From Octopus vulgaris (lineage: Eukaryota), in the NCBI GenBank assembly GCA_951406725.2, contig OX597815.1:175894001-175958000 (forward strand): 64,000 nucleotides of DNA, written 5' to 3'. Positions 12,547-26,819 of this stretch are shown in pieces. Made by a program: the position numbers and the translations under genes. The first letter of the stretch is position 1; every line of letters starts with the position of its first letter. A model generated the notes under the pieces. That model saw nothing but the letters and a program-made list of their open reading frames with translations, was not told the origin of the DNA and did not search any database.

Positions 12547-13066
12547 TTTTATGGGATACTATATTAAACAATGCTCCAGGCAAAAGAAAAATTGTGTTTG
12601 CGCTCCGATAAATTATTTATATGCAGGGACGAATTCATTGCAGTTAATAGACGCTACACAACTGCTTCGTTTTCCGTTCCGAGCCATTTTCTCTTCCAAT
12701 CACACTTAAATCTGAAGCATTGTGAAAGAGAATAATTATTATCCATAAAAAGTAATGTAAGACTAGTTAGCCATTAACGACCCTTTTCATCATATTCTGA
12801 AGACTGTCGAAACAATGTTACATTCTATCTTCCGTATATTTGATAAATTCACCGAAACTCTTTTAATTGCTCTCATTCAAAGATATACTCTTGCGCAAGA
12901 CTCTCATAATCGAACACTCTTCACCACTTTTGGCTGTAGTACATACATAAATACATATATGCACACTGGTACAAACACACATATACAAACGCATGCATGT
13001 CTATTATCTATATCCATCCATCCATCTCTCTCTCTCTCTCTCTTTCTCTATCTATCTAACTGTCTG

Positions 13067-13119
<53 letters not shown>

Positions 13120-13121
13120 TA

Positions 13122-13164
<43 letters not shown>

Positions 13165-14274
13165 TATCTCTCTCTCTCTCTCTCTATCTCTTTACCTTTT
13201 CAGAAAATTAAACTTCCTTCTACTCTTCTAACTCTATTGTATTTCATACTGTTTCACTTTATTTCTTTTCCTCTCGTCTTCCTCCCTACCTATTCTATCA
13301 ACGGCGTTTCTCTTTTATTTTACTAAACTTGGACGAAATATACGAAATGTATATTTAATGTTTAGAGAATGTAGTCTGAATAAAGTATGTCGAGTGTGCC
13401 AATCTAATAAAATCTAAACACTTTAAGTGCTGATGTACCGTTTGTTAAAAACATTTTTTGGTGAATTAAAAATTACCTCATTTAGCGATGTTATCGTTCT
13501 CAAGGAAAACGGGTAAAAATTTCAAGAAATAAAGAATATTTTACCAACAGAATTCAATTTAAATGCTTAAAGGAAAGCTCCAATATCTTTTTACAAGCAA
13601 TGCCCACAGCTCTGGACATGATTTTTATTAGATCTCATCAGAGATAAACTTTTCAAGACTGTTTTAACAGCAGGAAGAGTTTTGGTCAGTTTGAACGGCA
13701 TCACACCATATTTTGAGTCAAGGGAAACTAATGTAAATTCATGCGATTGACGAGCAGCGTCAGTTATATAGCTCAGTTAATTATATTAACTTCACTCTCT
13801 AAATTTGTTCGTAACTCATTTGTCTTCGTAATAAGGAAAGAAAAAAAAATCTATGCTTACTCTTCGAAGCAGTCTGAAGACTACATTAAGACCAAAACTT
13901 TTCTTTACCTGGTTCAGCTTTTAACTTATTTGCTCTGGAACAACAGATTTCCCTCGATGTATGAAAATGCAATTTTCTCTGTAATTAATGTTTCATTCAT
14001 TTCGTTTTCGTGTAACTCGGTATTGTTTTCTCTCTCTAACTAAGAGGTAAGTTTCAGTTGTTTCAACTGTTTCCAGGCACCATTCTTTGCATCACTGCTC
14101 GCTCGGTGGCCCACCCGAGTGATTTCATTGATTTTTCTTATGCAAATTACAGAGAACAAAGTTTTTCGCATGTACGCAATTTTGTAAAGAAGAGAAAAAA
14201 AACATCCTGTCTGCCTGTCTTAACGTTAATATAAAGTAAAAGCCTGGAGTAAATTTAAAGCTTCGCCTCAATGC

Positions 14275-14348
<74 letters not shown>

Positions 14349-14350
<2 letters not shown>

Positions 14351-14437
14351 GCGAGCTGCCAGAAACGTTAGTACACCGGGTGAAATGCGTAGCCGTATTT
14401 CGTCTGTCGTTACGTTCCGAGTTCAAATTCTGCCGAG
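14349..14437 (+). mobile_element. SINE family A head only
   Basis: GGCGAGCTGCCAGAAACGTTAG...GAGTTCAAATTCTGCCGAG. Confidence 0.85.
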
Positions 14438-15149
14438 AAATATTATTGGTACGCATGTAACATTTAAACTGTTTCATATGATACCTGTATGGAGACATAT
14501 TAGTTTGTGCATTTATTCTTGTCTAAGAATACAGCCTCTTTCTAAATTACGAATGATCTTACAATGACCAACCCTCAAAAACTGAGGGACGGACGGACGA
14601 ACGAAAGAGCCTGCAGCTTGTCACTCGACTTCAAAGAAATAAAAGTCAAGATTCAAATTACTTTCTACCACAATGAAGAAGGAAACATTGAACACTATCG
14701 TTCGGGTATACAAAAGGTAGGATGGTCATGGTTGGAACTTCTAAGATCAAAAGTATATTCAATCGCGCTGGTAGAGAAAGATTCTAATCAAATGTTGCTA
14801 GGCAACTGAGGATTCTATTTAAACGAAAAATCTACAGGGATTTTTCACACGCTTTTCCGCAACACTGGGAATACTGCTTGCTAACGGAATGCTTATTAAT
14901 TATGCTGAATCTAATAACAACTTGTGGGGGGGGGGGGGTAGTAGGAGAAAATAGTCAAGAGGCCCAAAGAATTCAGATTCCATCTTGAATTGAATCTACT
15001 GTATTAAACCCACAGAAAACCCGACCTTATAACTCTCAGCAAACCAGTTCTAAGGTTCCGCAGTCAAGAGTTTCTGCTTTGTATTCGCCGTGGAAGTAGA
15101 AATATTTAATATAATTGCCATCTGCTGTTAAAATGTTTGTTAATACTAT

Positions 15150-15380
15150 AATTTTATCTTTGTTTCGCTCCAATATAGCAGCTCTTTGATATTGTTATTC
15201 ATGGAATAATTTGAGATATTATGTAAGCTACCGGCTGATGATAGAGTAATGCACTGACCATGACAACCAGTGCACTCCTCCGTCACCAGTCAGCGACTTA
15301 CATAATGCTAGACATTATTCCATGAATAACAATATGAAAGAGTCGTTTAATTTCAACTCTGACGAAGATAAATTCAATAT
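15150..15380. repeat. Diverged palindromic element
   Basis: CTCTTTGATATTGTTATTCATGGAATAAT (from 15182) pairs with ATTATTCCATGAATAACAATATGAAAGAG (to 15342); inner TGCACTG/CAGTGCA stem; weaker outer match. Confidence 0.85.
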
Positions 15381-16358
15381 TTACATAAACCGAAGAGTAT
15401 GTTAAACTGAGAATTCATTATTATTCGTGTATTCATACAGTTGAAGTAACGACTTTGATAAGTTAGTCTTTATATAACACACTTAATGAGCTTAGAGCCG
15501 TTGTAGGTATCTCATATTACACAAGTAATTGTACGTAACCATTTATACAGATAATGTGTTTAGGAAATGCATCGACAGCACAATTTCCTTATTTCCATAA
15601 AATGTAATACCTTTGTATATAATCAGAGACAAACCAATAATTATTCCCTGGAAAAGCTGATGAGCGCCGGATAAAATATATTTGACCAGATTTGAAGTTT
15701 CGTTTTAATTAAATCTTATAACTGTAAAAGAAATTACAAGAGAAATACACAAGAATCGAATCTGTCCTATACTAATTCACTGATGTTACGGTTTGCTTCA
15801 TAAAATTTTTACTGCTAATGAATTTCAGAATGATATTATTGTTACAACTTATTTTCCTTTCTATTTTGCGATTTGTAAAGAGAACAATGAAGTTATAAAT
15901 ATATTTTTAGAGCAAATGCACTCTGGTAATATAATGCTTTGACGTAATTTTCAAGTCTTTTATATGTCCAAAGAAAACTGACATGTCATACGCACGAAAT
16001 AATTTACAACATTCAACGAGAGTTAATAGTTGTCTGAGTGGTCGATAAGCATTGACTTTTAGTATGAGGACTTGAGGTGACCGAAGTTTTCAAAATTTAC
16101 ACAACTACTTAAAAAAACACACATTTTAAACAACACTCTTTATACACATATAAATTGACACACACACACACACACACAAACAAACAAACAAACAAGAATA
16201 CACGTACGTAAATACTCTCTCTGTGTTTGCCCGACATTTCTATTACTATTTTCTCTCTCCCACTCCCTTTTACACACACACACCGACAGATATTCAGACA
16301 GACCGACAGACAGATAGATAAATAGATAGACAGCTAACTAGATAGATAGATAGATAAC

Positions 16359-17195
16359 TTTCTTTATTGGCCACACAGGGCTGAACACAGAGGGGACAAA
16401 TACAAATGTAGAGCTTTTCTTTTCGAAGATGGAAAAAGAAAAGGTGGGAAAAAAAGGAAAGAAATGTAAAATTCCGATCAAAAGGGATCGTGTATCACAG
16501 AAAGAAGTTTTTTTTTTAAAGTAAGAAACAAGATTATGTTCATCCGTGGAAAGAAAAGCCTACAGAAAAGATCAGGCAGGGAGGAAATAAACACATGAGA
16601 GCAGGATTATGCTCAAAGTGGTTTCGTACTCGCACGCACCATCTTTGCCACATTCACCCACCTTTTTTTGAAACTTTCACGAGACAAAACCCGCCTCTCT
16701 ATTCTTACCTTCCTTTTCAAGTGGTACTTGAAAAAATTGATGAGCGATTGGCCAGAGAGGTAAGTGTTTGTCTCGAGTCCACCACACATTCTTTCACCAT
16801 AGCCACCAGTACGATGAAAACTGCCTTGCCTTCCCGGTTGAGGGAAGTGGGCGGTGCAATACTCGCGATATACTCGGCCGACAGGCGGACTCGTCCCACA
16901 CGCGATAGCAGCCGTTCGGCATAAGCCCACAGGTCCGAAATGGTTGGACACTGCACGAATGCGTGCAAAACAGTTTCGTCGCTCCGACCGCATCTCGGGC
17001 AAATCGGTCCAGTGTGTCTCGAACCGTGCCTGTAACGCTTATCCCGAACAGGTAATGCTTCTCGATAGCACTGCCAGGCCAGGGATCTTTGGTGATTGTC
17101 CAAGGTCCCGGCCCAAAAGTTGTCCTGAACAGGCGGGTCAGGTGTTCCTCGTCGACGCCCAGATTCTGCCCGAGAACGTCATCGCACCTCCCATA
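16359..17195 (-). mobile_element. L1/Tx1-clade LINE 3' end (zf-RVT-like C-terminal domain plus 3' UTR)
   Basis: SLAWQCYREALPVRDK..CPRCGRSDETVLHAFVQCP..LW is the C-terminal CCHC region typical of L1/Tx1 ORF2; ends AATAAAGAAA next to a (TAGA)n tract. Confidence 0.88.
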
Positions 17196-17568
17196 TGACA
17201 CACACACAAGCATACACACAGACACACACAAATATACATACAAATATATATACGTGTGTGTGTGTGTGTGTGTGTGTATACACATTTTCCCTTCACTCGT
17301 TTATTACTGTTCTTGCTGCACTTACCCCATTCTGTTCTAAGATATGTATCCTTATGTGCACATGCGTTTGTGTCCTTGTTTGTGTGTGTGTGTGTGTGTG
17401 TGTGTTATAGCTTTTAGCAGCAGCGTGGCCATCCCCTCAGTCCCATCCTCTCACTCCATTGTGCTGCTGTTCTCCTGTATACGTATATGTATGTATGTAT
17501 ATATATATCTGTATGTGTGTGTGTGTATACACACACACACACACACACGTGTATATATATGTGTGTGC

Positions 17569-17629
<61 letters not shown>

Positions 17630-17633
<4 letters not shown>

Positions 17634-17848
17634 CGTTACTGCCCAGAAGGGGCTAAACATAGAGGGGACAAACAAGGACAGACGAAGGGATTGAGTCGAT
17701 TATATCGCCCCCAGTGCGAAACTGGTACTTTATTTATCGACCCCGAAAGGATGAAAGGCAAAATTGACCTCGGCGGAATTTGAACTCAGAACGTAACGAC
17801 AGACGAAATACTGCTAAGCATTTCGCCCGGCGCGCTAACGTGTCTGCC
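17630..17848 (-). mobile_element. SINE family A
   Basis: Near full-length reverse complement of 1828-2058. Confidence 0.9.
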
Positions 17849-18861
17849 GTATGTATGTATGTATGTATGTATGTATGTATGTATGTATGTATGTATGTAT
17901 GTATGTATGTATACACACACTTAAAAACGTACTCACATACATGTTATGTTTTATTGAATACTGGCAATATTCTCCCCGTAATGTTTTTGTTGTTTATATT
18001 TGTTCTTGTAGTCAACCACTTTTTTTCCTTCCTTCGTTATGTTTCCCATATTTTATCGCTTTGCAGGTTCTTTTTAGAAATTTTGCGAGTTCGAAATTTT
18101 TAAGATTTTACTCCTACTTTTATTACTTTTGTCTCACGTACGAGTTGTCTTTTTATATTCTTTAACATCCCTAATTTTTGTTACTATTTTTGATACCATG
18201 TCATGGTGTAGTGCTGCTTCTTTTGCGATGACGAAGAGCCATACGAAAGCCGAAGGAGTAGACAGACTATTTGTGTTGCGTGTTTTTCATCTTTTATTGT
18301 TCTCTTTATTTGTTATGGCCGACCCAGTAAATTTTGGGTAGTTCTACTAATTCTTGTAATATCTTCCGTTTTCTCGCAGTGTTGGTTACATTTTGCTTAA
18401 GGAACTCTTTGTCGTAAGCAATAGTTTTATGTGTCGGGGTAGATGGGTGATGTTTAATAGCATATATAAGGAATCGTTCAGATAATGTCCGTTAACGTAA
18501 AATACTTGCACCCATCAATCTCTTACATAAACCATTAAACTCCATACAAGTTGCTTGCAGCTCACAGTAGCGTTGGTGCGATTCACTGTTATCCGAACAG
18601 GATTTTCTAATAGAACTGTCTGCCAATTATGCGTTAAATATACCGTCGCTTCACCCGACCTACTTCAGCCTCATTGCTGTGCTTAGAATTCTAGGTGGAA
18701 ACACTTGGTCTAGGCATTCTGTTACTGCCATACAACGATCTACAGAAGAGAAGAGGCATTCAAATCACTTATGCGCACGCACATACACACACTTGCACGC
18801 GTGCGCTTATGTATATGTACGTGTATACGTATAAGTATATACGTACCCCCTCTTTTGTATT

Positions 18862-18932
<71 letters not shown>

Positions 18933-18935
18933 CAT

Positions 18936-18996
<61 letters not shown>

Positions 18997-19422
18997 GATG
19001 TATATATAAATACGTTCAGTATTGAATATCGAAAGAAGTGGCGCACTCAGTAGCATAGTAGTTGAAGCGTTGCTTGAGCTGGCCCCTTCTTAGCCAGTCC
19101 GTCTAGTATGGCTCTCTTGCGCCAGTTGACCTGTTAGGTCGTCATGTTTTGGTTCTGTTGTTGGAGAATTGGGCTATTTTTTCGAAATGTGCTCTTCTAG
19201 ATCCGCCTTAATGAGTGAGAACATGGCCTCCTCGGGGAGTGTTTAGCTTACTACTAAATTACAAGTCCAGCCTCTTCCTTGATTACGACTAATCGTTTAG
19301 GAGTGTAAGGACCAGTGTCCGATGAGAGGATAAATTGATCATCACTCACTGAAGAGTACAACAGCTACACAGCCTTTGGGCCTATGCATATACATGCGTA
19401 TGTATGAGCGTGCGTGTGTGTG

Positions 19423-19483
<61 letters not shown>

Positions 19484-20138
19484 CTCTGTGTGTATGTTTA
19501 TAATGCAATGCAGCGGTTGCAAGTTGCCTTTCAGCCTTCCGTTGTTGATTAAGGTCCAATTAAGTTCGTTATCCGTCTACTACTCTATATTTGGCATCTT
19601 GTTTCGAAACCTACGCCAATGGCAATACGCACATAGAAATATTCCTGTTCTGTTCTTGCTGCCTATTGCACTAAGTAACAAATTAACTTAGGTGAAAATC
19701 TCTTGGTTGTCACTTTACAGAATCTTCAATATTAAACTAAAATGTCTTATTTGGGGAAATTTGATTTAAGAAGCAAGATACATCTGTAGAGTTTTCAACC
19801 AAGTGCTGTTTGATTTCACATGTGAACAGTTTCAAGCTAAAGAGATGAGATTTACTGTCAACACACAAATACACTCGATCGATACTGATGTTTTGCAAAG
19901 AAGCATTTATGGCGGTTGCAATATTCCATATGGCTGGTCGTCTCTTGTCGCAATAGTTCTTGTTGGTCTTCCATTTGCCTTTCTTGCCGTTATTGACATT
20001 GCTGTTTTATAATCTGTTTATTTAACAAACAATTCAGAACTAAAATCTAAATAACACACGCACTACCCATTCACACACGCACTACCCATTCACACACGCA
20101 CACACACAGTTACATACATATATACATATGCACACACA

Positions 20139-20196
<58 letters not shown>

Positions 20197-20199
<3 letters not shown>

Positions 20200-20328
20200 T
20201 TACTTGTTTCAGTCATTTGACTGTGGCCATGGTGAAGCACCGCATTTAGTCGAGCAAATCGCCCTCAGGACTTATTCTTTGTAAGCCTAGTACTTATTCT
20301 ATAGGTCCCTTTTGCCGAACTGCTAAGT
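20197..20328 (-). mobile_element. SINE family B, 3' part
   Basis: TTTTACTTGTTTCAGTCATTTGACTGTGGCCATG...GCCGAACTGCTAAGT matches 41745-41875. Confidence 0.85.
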
Positions 20329-20329
20329 C

Positions 20330-20905
20330 TTCTTCAAGAATATCTTATGTCCTGGACGAACGAAGGTAATGAAATCTCTGGCTGGATTCTCTGCGGCATC
20401 GTACCATTGTTAATCAAAGCAATCTGGTTCTTCACAAGTTAAGGGAACCTTAAGAATCAAATTGTGTCTTCAAGTATATATATGTTCAAAGCAATATGAA
20501 CATTTGGAAAGGATGTGTCTCGGTGGTCCTACTCTTCCGTGTCTGCATTTATCACTCTTTGAAACGTTGCATCTCACCAGACTTGTACGAGACAGCAAGG
20601 CATCATAGGACAAACGAATGAGAAAATCTAGTCGTAATGTACTCCGCTTCTGTATTTCATCACACCATACTTTTTCTTTCACTTCTATGTTCCGCTCATC
20701 TTGTCATCTGTCTTCGTTGGGAGCACTGTATCGAATAAATTCTCTGCTCCCGGCTTTCCTTGCCTTGACGCTCTGACTAACAATACGCCCGTGCCATTTT
20801 CCCGAATGACAAGTTCTCAAAAGAACCGACCTAAACAAATTTTCTTCTGCACTTTGGTGTTTAGCTGAAATCAAATGCCATCGATTTCTGCTTCTACTCG
20901 CCACT
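20330..20905 (-). mobile_element. Hero/NeSL-like non-LTR fragment (zinc-knuckle region before the restriction-like endonuclease)
   Basis: LDFLIRLSYDALLSRTSL..KC..HILSKC....IYT*RHNLILK..FVRPG fits the FLIRxxYDxLP..CCHC..RHN pattern. Confidence 0.65.
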
Positions 20906-21090
20906 GGTAATAAGCCTGGTACTTATTCTGTCGGCCCTCTTTTTGCCGCATCGCTAGATTACGAAGACGTAAACAAACCAAACCCGGTTGTCAAACTGTG
21001 GTGGGCGATAATCGAAAAGACATATACAGCTATATAGATATATATCGAATGTAAATCATGTGCATAATTCCTCATCTCTTAAATATAGAA

Positions 21091-21366
21091 AGGAATTAAA
21101 AAAGTTCAGTAGGAGATTTACACGTCCAGCAGCTATTTTCGGGTGCTTGGTGGTAGAAAACAATGATTGTAACTTGATTCCATCATCGGATAACACCAGC
21201 CTTGACAACTCCATTCTGTCAACACCACAAATGTAAAACTCTTCCCTGGAGACTGAGGATGGTATTATCCGATCAAAGAATCAAGTAACAATCATTATTT
21301 TGGACCACCGACCCCCCAGAAATAGCTGTTGGACTCGTAAAACTCCTACTCAACCCCTCAATTCCT
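21091..21366. repeat. Diverged palindromic element
   Basis: AGTAGGAGATTTAC..GTCCAGCAGCTATTT..AATGATTGTAACTTGATTC..ATCGGATAACACCA mirrored by TGGTATTATCCGAT..GAATCAAGTAACAATCATT..AAATAGCTGTTGGAC..GTAAAACTCCTACT. Confidence 0.85.
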
Positions 21367-21555
21367 GATATCATTTCTATTATCTGTAAGTCGGACGTTG
21401 TCATATGTATACACTTGTACATTTTTTGTATTAAATATTTAAAATATTTTTTGTATATCGAATTGCCAAACGTATTGTCCTTACATTTGCTCCTCTGTCA
21501 GCTCAAGTCCAAATCTCTTGAGCACTACGAAGTGTTTTGTCTGTCTCTTTGTATA

Positions 21556-21627
21556 TAAGTAATCAGAAGATGGATTTGATATTAGACTTTATAAAGATTA
21601 ATGCCAAATCCATCTTCTGGTTACTTA
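21556..21627. repeat. 72-nt near-perfect hairpin
   Basis: TAAGTAATCAGAAGATGGATTTG / CAAATCCATCTTCTGGTTACTTA; pairing continues almost to the centre. Confidence 0.9.
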
Positions 21628-21787
21628 ATCAATTACTGTTATCTCAACTAACACTGCGGAATTCCTGAAGTAGATCCAATGGAAACATACCCCATCTGTG
21701 GATGACACCAGGTATCCCCAACCATGCCAGTGGTTGGGGCTACATCAGCACACTAATCTACTTATACCCATTAGTCCCAAAAATTAC

Positions 21788-21820
<33 letters not shown>

Positions 21821-22020
21821 TGCATGCATGCAACAACTTGGTTTTTAAGGGCCGGCAGCTCTTCAATATCTTCCCTAAATGCCTGAGAGGCCTACATGGG
21901 ATAGATGTAGGCGTTTTCAAAGTAAAACTAGAGAAGGTTTCAAGTAGTGAAAGTGTATCAAAGTTAATGGCGATGCCCCAGCATGGCCGCTGCTCTCGGG
22001 CTCAAATCAGATCAGTGAGT

Positions 22021-22065
<45 letters not shown>

Positions 22066-22539
22066 ATATGTTTGTAAACATGTAAGCTTATATATACATG
22101 TATATATGTATGTGTGTGTGTGTGTGTGTGTGTGCTCGGCAAACCTGCTTGACTGAGCCAAAACTTGTCACAAATTTAGCAGTGGAACAATTGAAAAGCC
22201 GGCTACCAGGAGACGAACTTTGATCTCAGTGTGATTCTCTGTCAGACTGGCACCTATGCTGTAGGGATCAATATTTGCAATCAAACACGTCTATAAATAA
22301 CCGCATCCACATTTAGGTTTTTACCATTCCGTTACTTCAGTCATTGCAATACGTTTTGTTGCGGCATCACTTTAAATCGTTTGGTCGCTCGAAGACCATT
22401 TATATATTTTAAGAAGAAAGAGGTCACAATAAAGACTCTAACAATCCTGCAGCGTTTGTCGAGAGGTGTGAATTTATAGAGAGTATAGCGAGAGGAACAA
22501 TCACAAACAGACATAAATACATCGACATAAACACGCGCG

Positions 22540-22611
<72 letters not shown>

Positions 22612-23523
22612 TGCGTGCATTTGACGGGCTGCTGCATAGTTTCCGTTTAGCAATTTCACTCAGAAGGCATTTGTCAGATCTTTTATTAGAAGACAATTAC
22701 CCAAGGAGCCACACAGTGAAACTGAACCCGAAACCTCTAGGTTCGAAGTCGAGGTCTTAACATTCAACCATGTCTGCACTTGTGTACATGTCTGTCTTTT
22801 GATTTAATGTGGAATGAATTCAAAAACTTGTCACATGATCGGTAAAACTGCTTAAAATATATAAAAAAAGCAACTATATATTTCACAAAAAAAAAAAAAG
22901 ACCGTTTGGGACGCATTGGATAATGTACTTTGTAGGAAATGGAGCGGACCTATCCTATGCCTGGTATCTCAGGGCTGAATCTGCAACTCAACCACAGAAG
23001 CCACATGGTGAATTAGCTCACAGAATGGTATGTATTATGGGTTTATATACAGCAAAATACATGGGCACGAGGACCAGAAGGTAGCACGAACTGCATTCTC
23101 TCCCTTGCTCTCATCTTATTGGCTACGAATTTCTACTTTGCAGCAATAGATATAAAATTGGAATGAGATGTCATATATTTCCTTAAAGCAAAACCCCTAA
23201 TTGTCTGGAAAAGACAGTCCCAGTTACAATCTGGGGGTAAAATTCGTAAGTAGGGAAATAAATCGCGAAGGAACATTTAATGAAGTTCACTAACCCTGTA
23301 AAAAGGCGATTTTTCTGTCAGTCTGTCAGTCTTCTTTTAAATATCACAAAAATAAGAAATCCGATTTCACAGGGCAAAAGAAAATGAATGACAGAAACCA
23401 GGGATTGTGGAACTAAAAGCCTTTAATTTAATTCTCACTAGTATAAAATTTGGCTTTCATTCCTCTAGGATCGATAAAACACGTCCCATTAGTATATGAT
23501 GAGTAATTCAATTAACAATACCT

Positions 23524-23755
23524 ATTTCTTTACTACCCACAAGAGGCTAAACACAGAGAGGACAAACAAGGACAGACAAACGGATTAAGTCGATTACATC
23601 GACCCCAGTGTGTAACTGGTGCTTATTTAATCGACCCCGAAAGGATGAAAGGCAAAGTCGACCTCGGCGGAATTTGAACTCAGAACGTAACGGTAGACGA
23701 AATACGGCTACGCATTTCGCCCGGCGTGCTAACGTTTCTGCCAGCTTGATGCCCT
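23524..23755 (-). mobile_element. SINE family A with 12-bp TSD
   Basis: Full-length copy; TAACAATACCTA at 23513-23524 and 23760-23771. Confidence 0.92.
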
Positions 23756-25983
23756 CAAATAACAATACCTAACAATAAAACATAAAGACAAGAGAATATG
23801 AAGACATTTTGTAATTTTAATAAAGCAAATGATTTTTAATTGGCGAAGAGCTTTCAGTTGCGCGTGTAACCGAGTGACTCGTTATCTTAATGTATTAGTT
23901 CTGTATATTTTACTGATCCTGTAATACATGCTAGATCGTCACAGGCATGACTTATCGTAGAAATGAAATACCCAATGAAATATCCCATGAAATACCCAAT
24001 GTCTATGAAATCTACGTCTACTGAATTTTAATTTTTAATAATTATTTATTTAGCTGTGATATACAATACTTTCAAGAGTAGGAAGTGATACAGCTTAGTG
24101 AATTAATTATGGATGAAACACGAAGAAGACTCCAGTGGCGTTTGAATTTAGTTATTAAAAATTCTGAATTGATATCACTTAATCTTTGAGGTACATCGTG
24201 CAAAGATTGGCATAAAGAACAATTTAGATTAAAATGTTCTCAAATCCTAAGAAATTTTTTTCCATGAGATATTACTTTTTGAATCATCCTAGAAAAAACT
24301 GGGAAGAATTATGCAAAAGAATACAAACGGCAAGTGATCGGAAACTTTGATGGATGAAATAAGATAATGATTGAATGCTTGAGGTTTTCTACTCAGATAT
24401 ATTTTAATGAAAATCATTAAACAAATTCGATAAGACATATCTTTATCGGAGCTGCTCTCGATACAATGGACGATATTCACAAATAAACTACGTAAATCTC
24501 AGTAGAAATCGTTCGATAAATTGAAATATTTCTCAGCTGATTCATTGATTCATTTTTAGGTGACGTAAGAAAACGTTTTCAGATGAACGCTACATTTCAA
24601 TACAAGAATAAAAGGAATGAGCAGCTGAATTCTATATCGCAATTATCGATATTTCTAATGAGAAGGAAACCAACGTTACTTATTTTCACTTTAAATTATG
24701 CCTATTAAGAAATAATTACGAAGCCATATATAATGTGGTTGGCTAACATTTAAATACATTGCGCCTGTTCAAAAGTGAATGAAGCTAACATTTCTTTTCA
24801 GGAAATAATAATTTTGTTTGATCGGATATACAGATAATCACATCATGGAAAGTGTCTATAATGAGGAGATTTGCCCTTAGTATATATTGCAGGGACCTAC
24901 TTTATCGGCTTCAGATAATGAATGCGAATTTGAACTAAATTGTACATTTGACAAATGGAAGGAGTTCAAGCCGTTACTTTTGGATTCAAAAGTACCACTG
25001 GATTAAGGAAAATTGCTTTCAATTTTAAAGCGCGATATTTTCAACATTTATGCCAAATCACAGATACTGATTTTGATTATATCAGAGCTCAATAGATAAA
25101 TGTTGCCTATTAAAATCACACAAGATGAAAGTATCACTGGGTAACACTTCAAACGATACTCTTTCTCATCTTCTACTGGTCTGTGTTCTATAAAATATTA
25201 ATGCGTCATCAGCGGCTGAATCTCGATGCCATTTACAGCTGCAGATTTGCTTATGGATTCTCTTTCTATCTGGAAAACTGTGATGCACATTCCGAACATT
25301 ATCGATCTGAATTTGGGTTCATACTTATTGCTTTAGAATATTTTCAACAGAATAAACAGCATGGGCGCAATTATTCAGGCACCAGTGTTTATTCAAACAG
25401 GTATCCACTATACATATATTAACAACTGACTATGCATGCACACAAACACACACATGCATGCATCCATACAAAAATAAATATATACGTACATATATTTATG
25501 TATATATGTGTAAACATATATACATACACATATACGTATATACATAAAAATACATACATACACACGTACGTACGTAACATGACAAGCGCAGAGGTAAGTC
25601 TAAAATCCAGATTTATGTAATTACGACATATACGAAGGCACAGTGGGAAAGTTGAGCTACAGAATTCAGGCAAGATTACATGAAATATTTCTACATAAGT
25701 ATGGACACAATAGCACGCATGCATACGCGCGAGCACACACACACATATATATATATTCCTAGAGAGTACCGTGTTCCCGCTTATTGCTTCCTGATATTTG
25801 TTAATCTCTCTCTCTCTTTCTATATACACAACCACACAAACTACGACAGGTAAGCATTTGTTCTACTGTCGTAACTCGATATACTTGCTTGGATATTTTT
25901 ATGGAATTGAAAGAAATTGAATTGTAAAACTGCAAGCCGTATAGTTTGAAACAGCATCGTCTATTTAATGTTAAATACAAATT

Positions 25984-26206
25984 GCGCCGGCGAGCTGGTA
26001 GAATCGCCCCCGGGCCGGACGAAATGCTTCGCTGCCTTTCGTCCGTCTTTATGCACCATGTTCAATTTTCCACTGAGATCGACTTTACCTTTCTCCTTTT
26101 CGGGGTCGATAAAATGATTGCCAGCTGAGCACTAGGGTTGATGTAACCGATTAGCCCCGCCCACTCTCTCGAAATTGCAGGCCTCGTGCCAAAATTTGAA
26201 ACCAAT
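25984..26206 (+). mobile_element. SINE family A variant (alternative tail)
   Basis: GGCGAGCTGGTAGAATCG head, CCTTTTCGGGGTCGATAAAAT core, CCAAAATTTGAAACCAAT tail. Confidence 0.8.
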
Positions 26207-26781
26207 ACAGACTGAAAGTGACCGGATAGAGAAATCAGCTTGGCTAATCATATCTTTGTTTTCTTTGTCCCAATGGCGACTGTACCCGAAACATGCGTTG
26301 GAATTATGTACTTAATCAACAGTTATATGAATTAAGCGCAAAATCTGAATGGAAACGCTTTGGATTAATGCTAAGACTTAAATGTCTGTTAAAGCAGAAC
26401 TCACAGACATGAAAATAAACCTCTTGATACCAGGAGGTGGAGGTGCACAATAAGAGCAGAGGTAAACACCAGGAGCCGAGCTGGGCTCACAACTTGCAAA
26501 AAAAAATTTTGTTTTCTTATGTAACTTCGAAGAACTTTCTCGCAGATAAATTCACACAACATCAGAAACGGTCAAAGCTAAACAAAGAAAGCAGTTTGAA
26601 GACTCTGAAACTAAAACCTTAGATTCCAATCTTTATCAGCTGAAAGATGAACTTACAACAAAAGCTGAGAAATTAAAATACAAATCTGCCGAGTATAAAC
26701 GGAAAACATCGAACTTATTGCTCGAGGCCTCAGTAGTATCCAGTATAGAACTGAACCTGTTTGTTGTTTGAGATTTATAGG

Positions 26782-26818
<37 letters not shown>

Positions 26819-26819
26819 A

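Noticed and set aside
15228-15400. CTGATGA and CTGACGA in the palindrome as hammerhead cores
   Set aside because: No properly placed GAAA and stem III; at most a decayed relic.
21250-21340. CTGAGGA...GAAATAGCTGT as a hammerhead
   Set aside because: Stem I does not pair and the other arm does not preserve the core.
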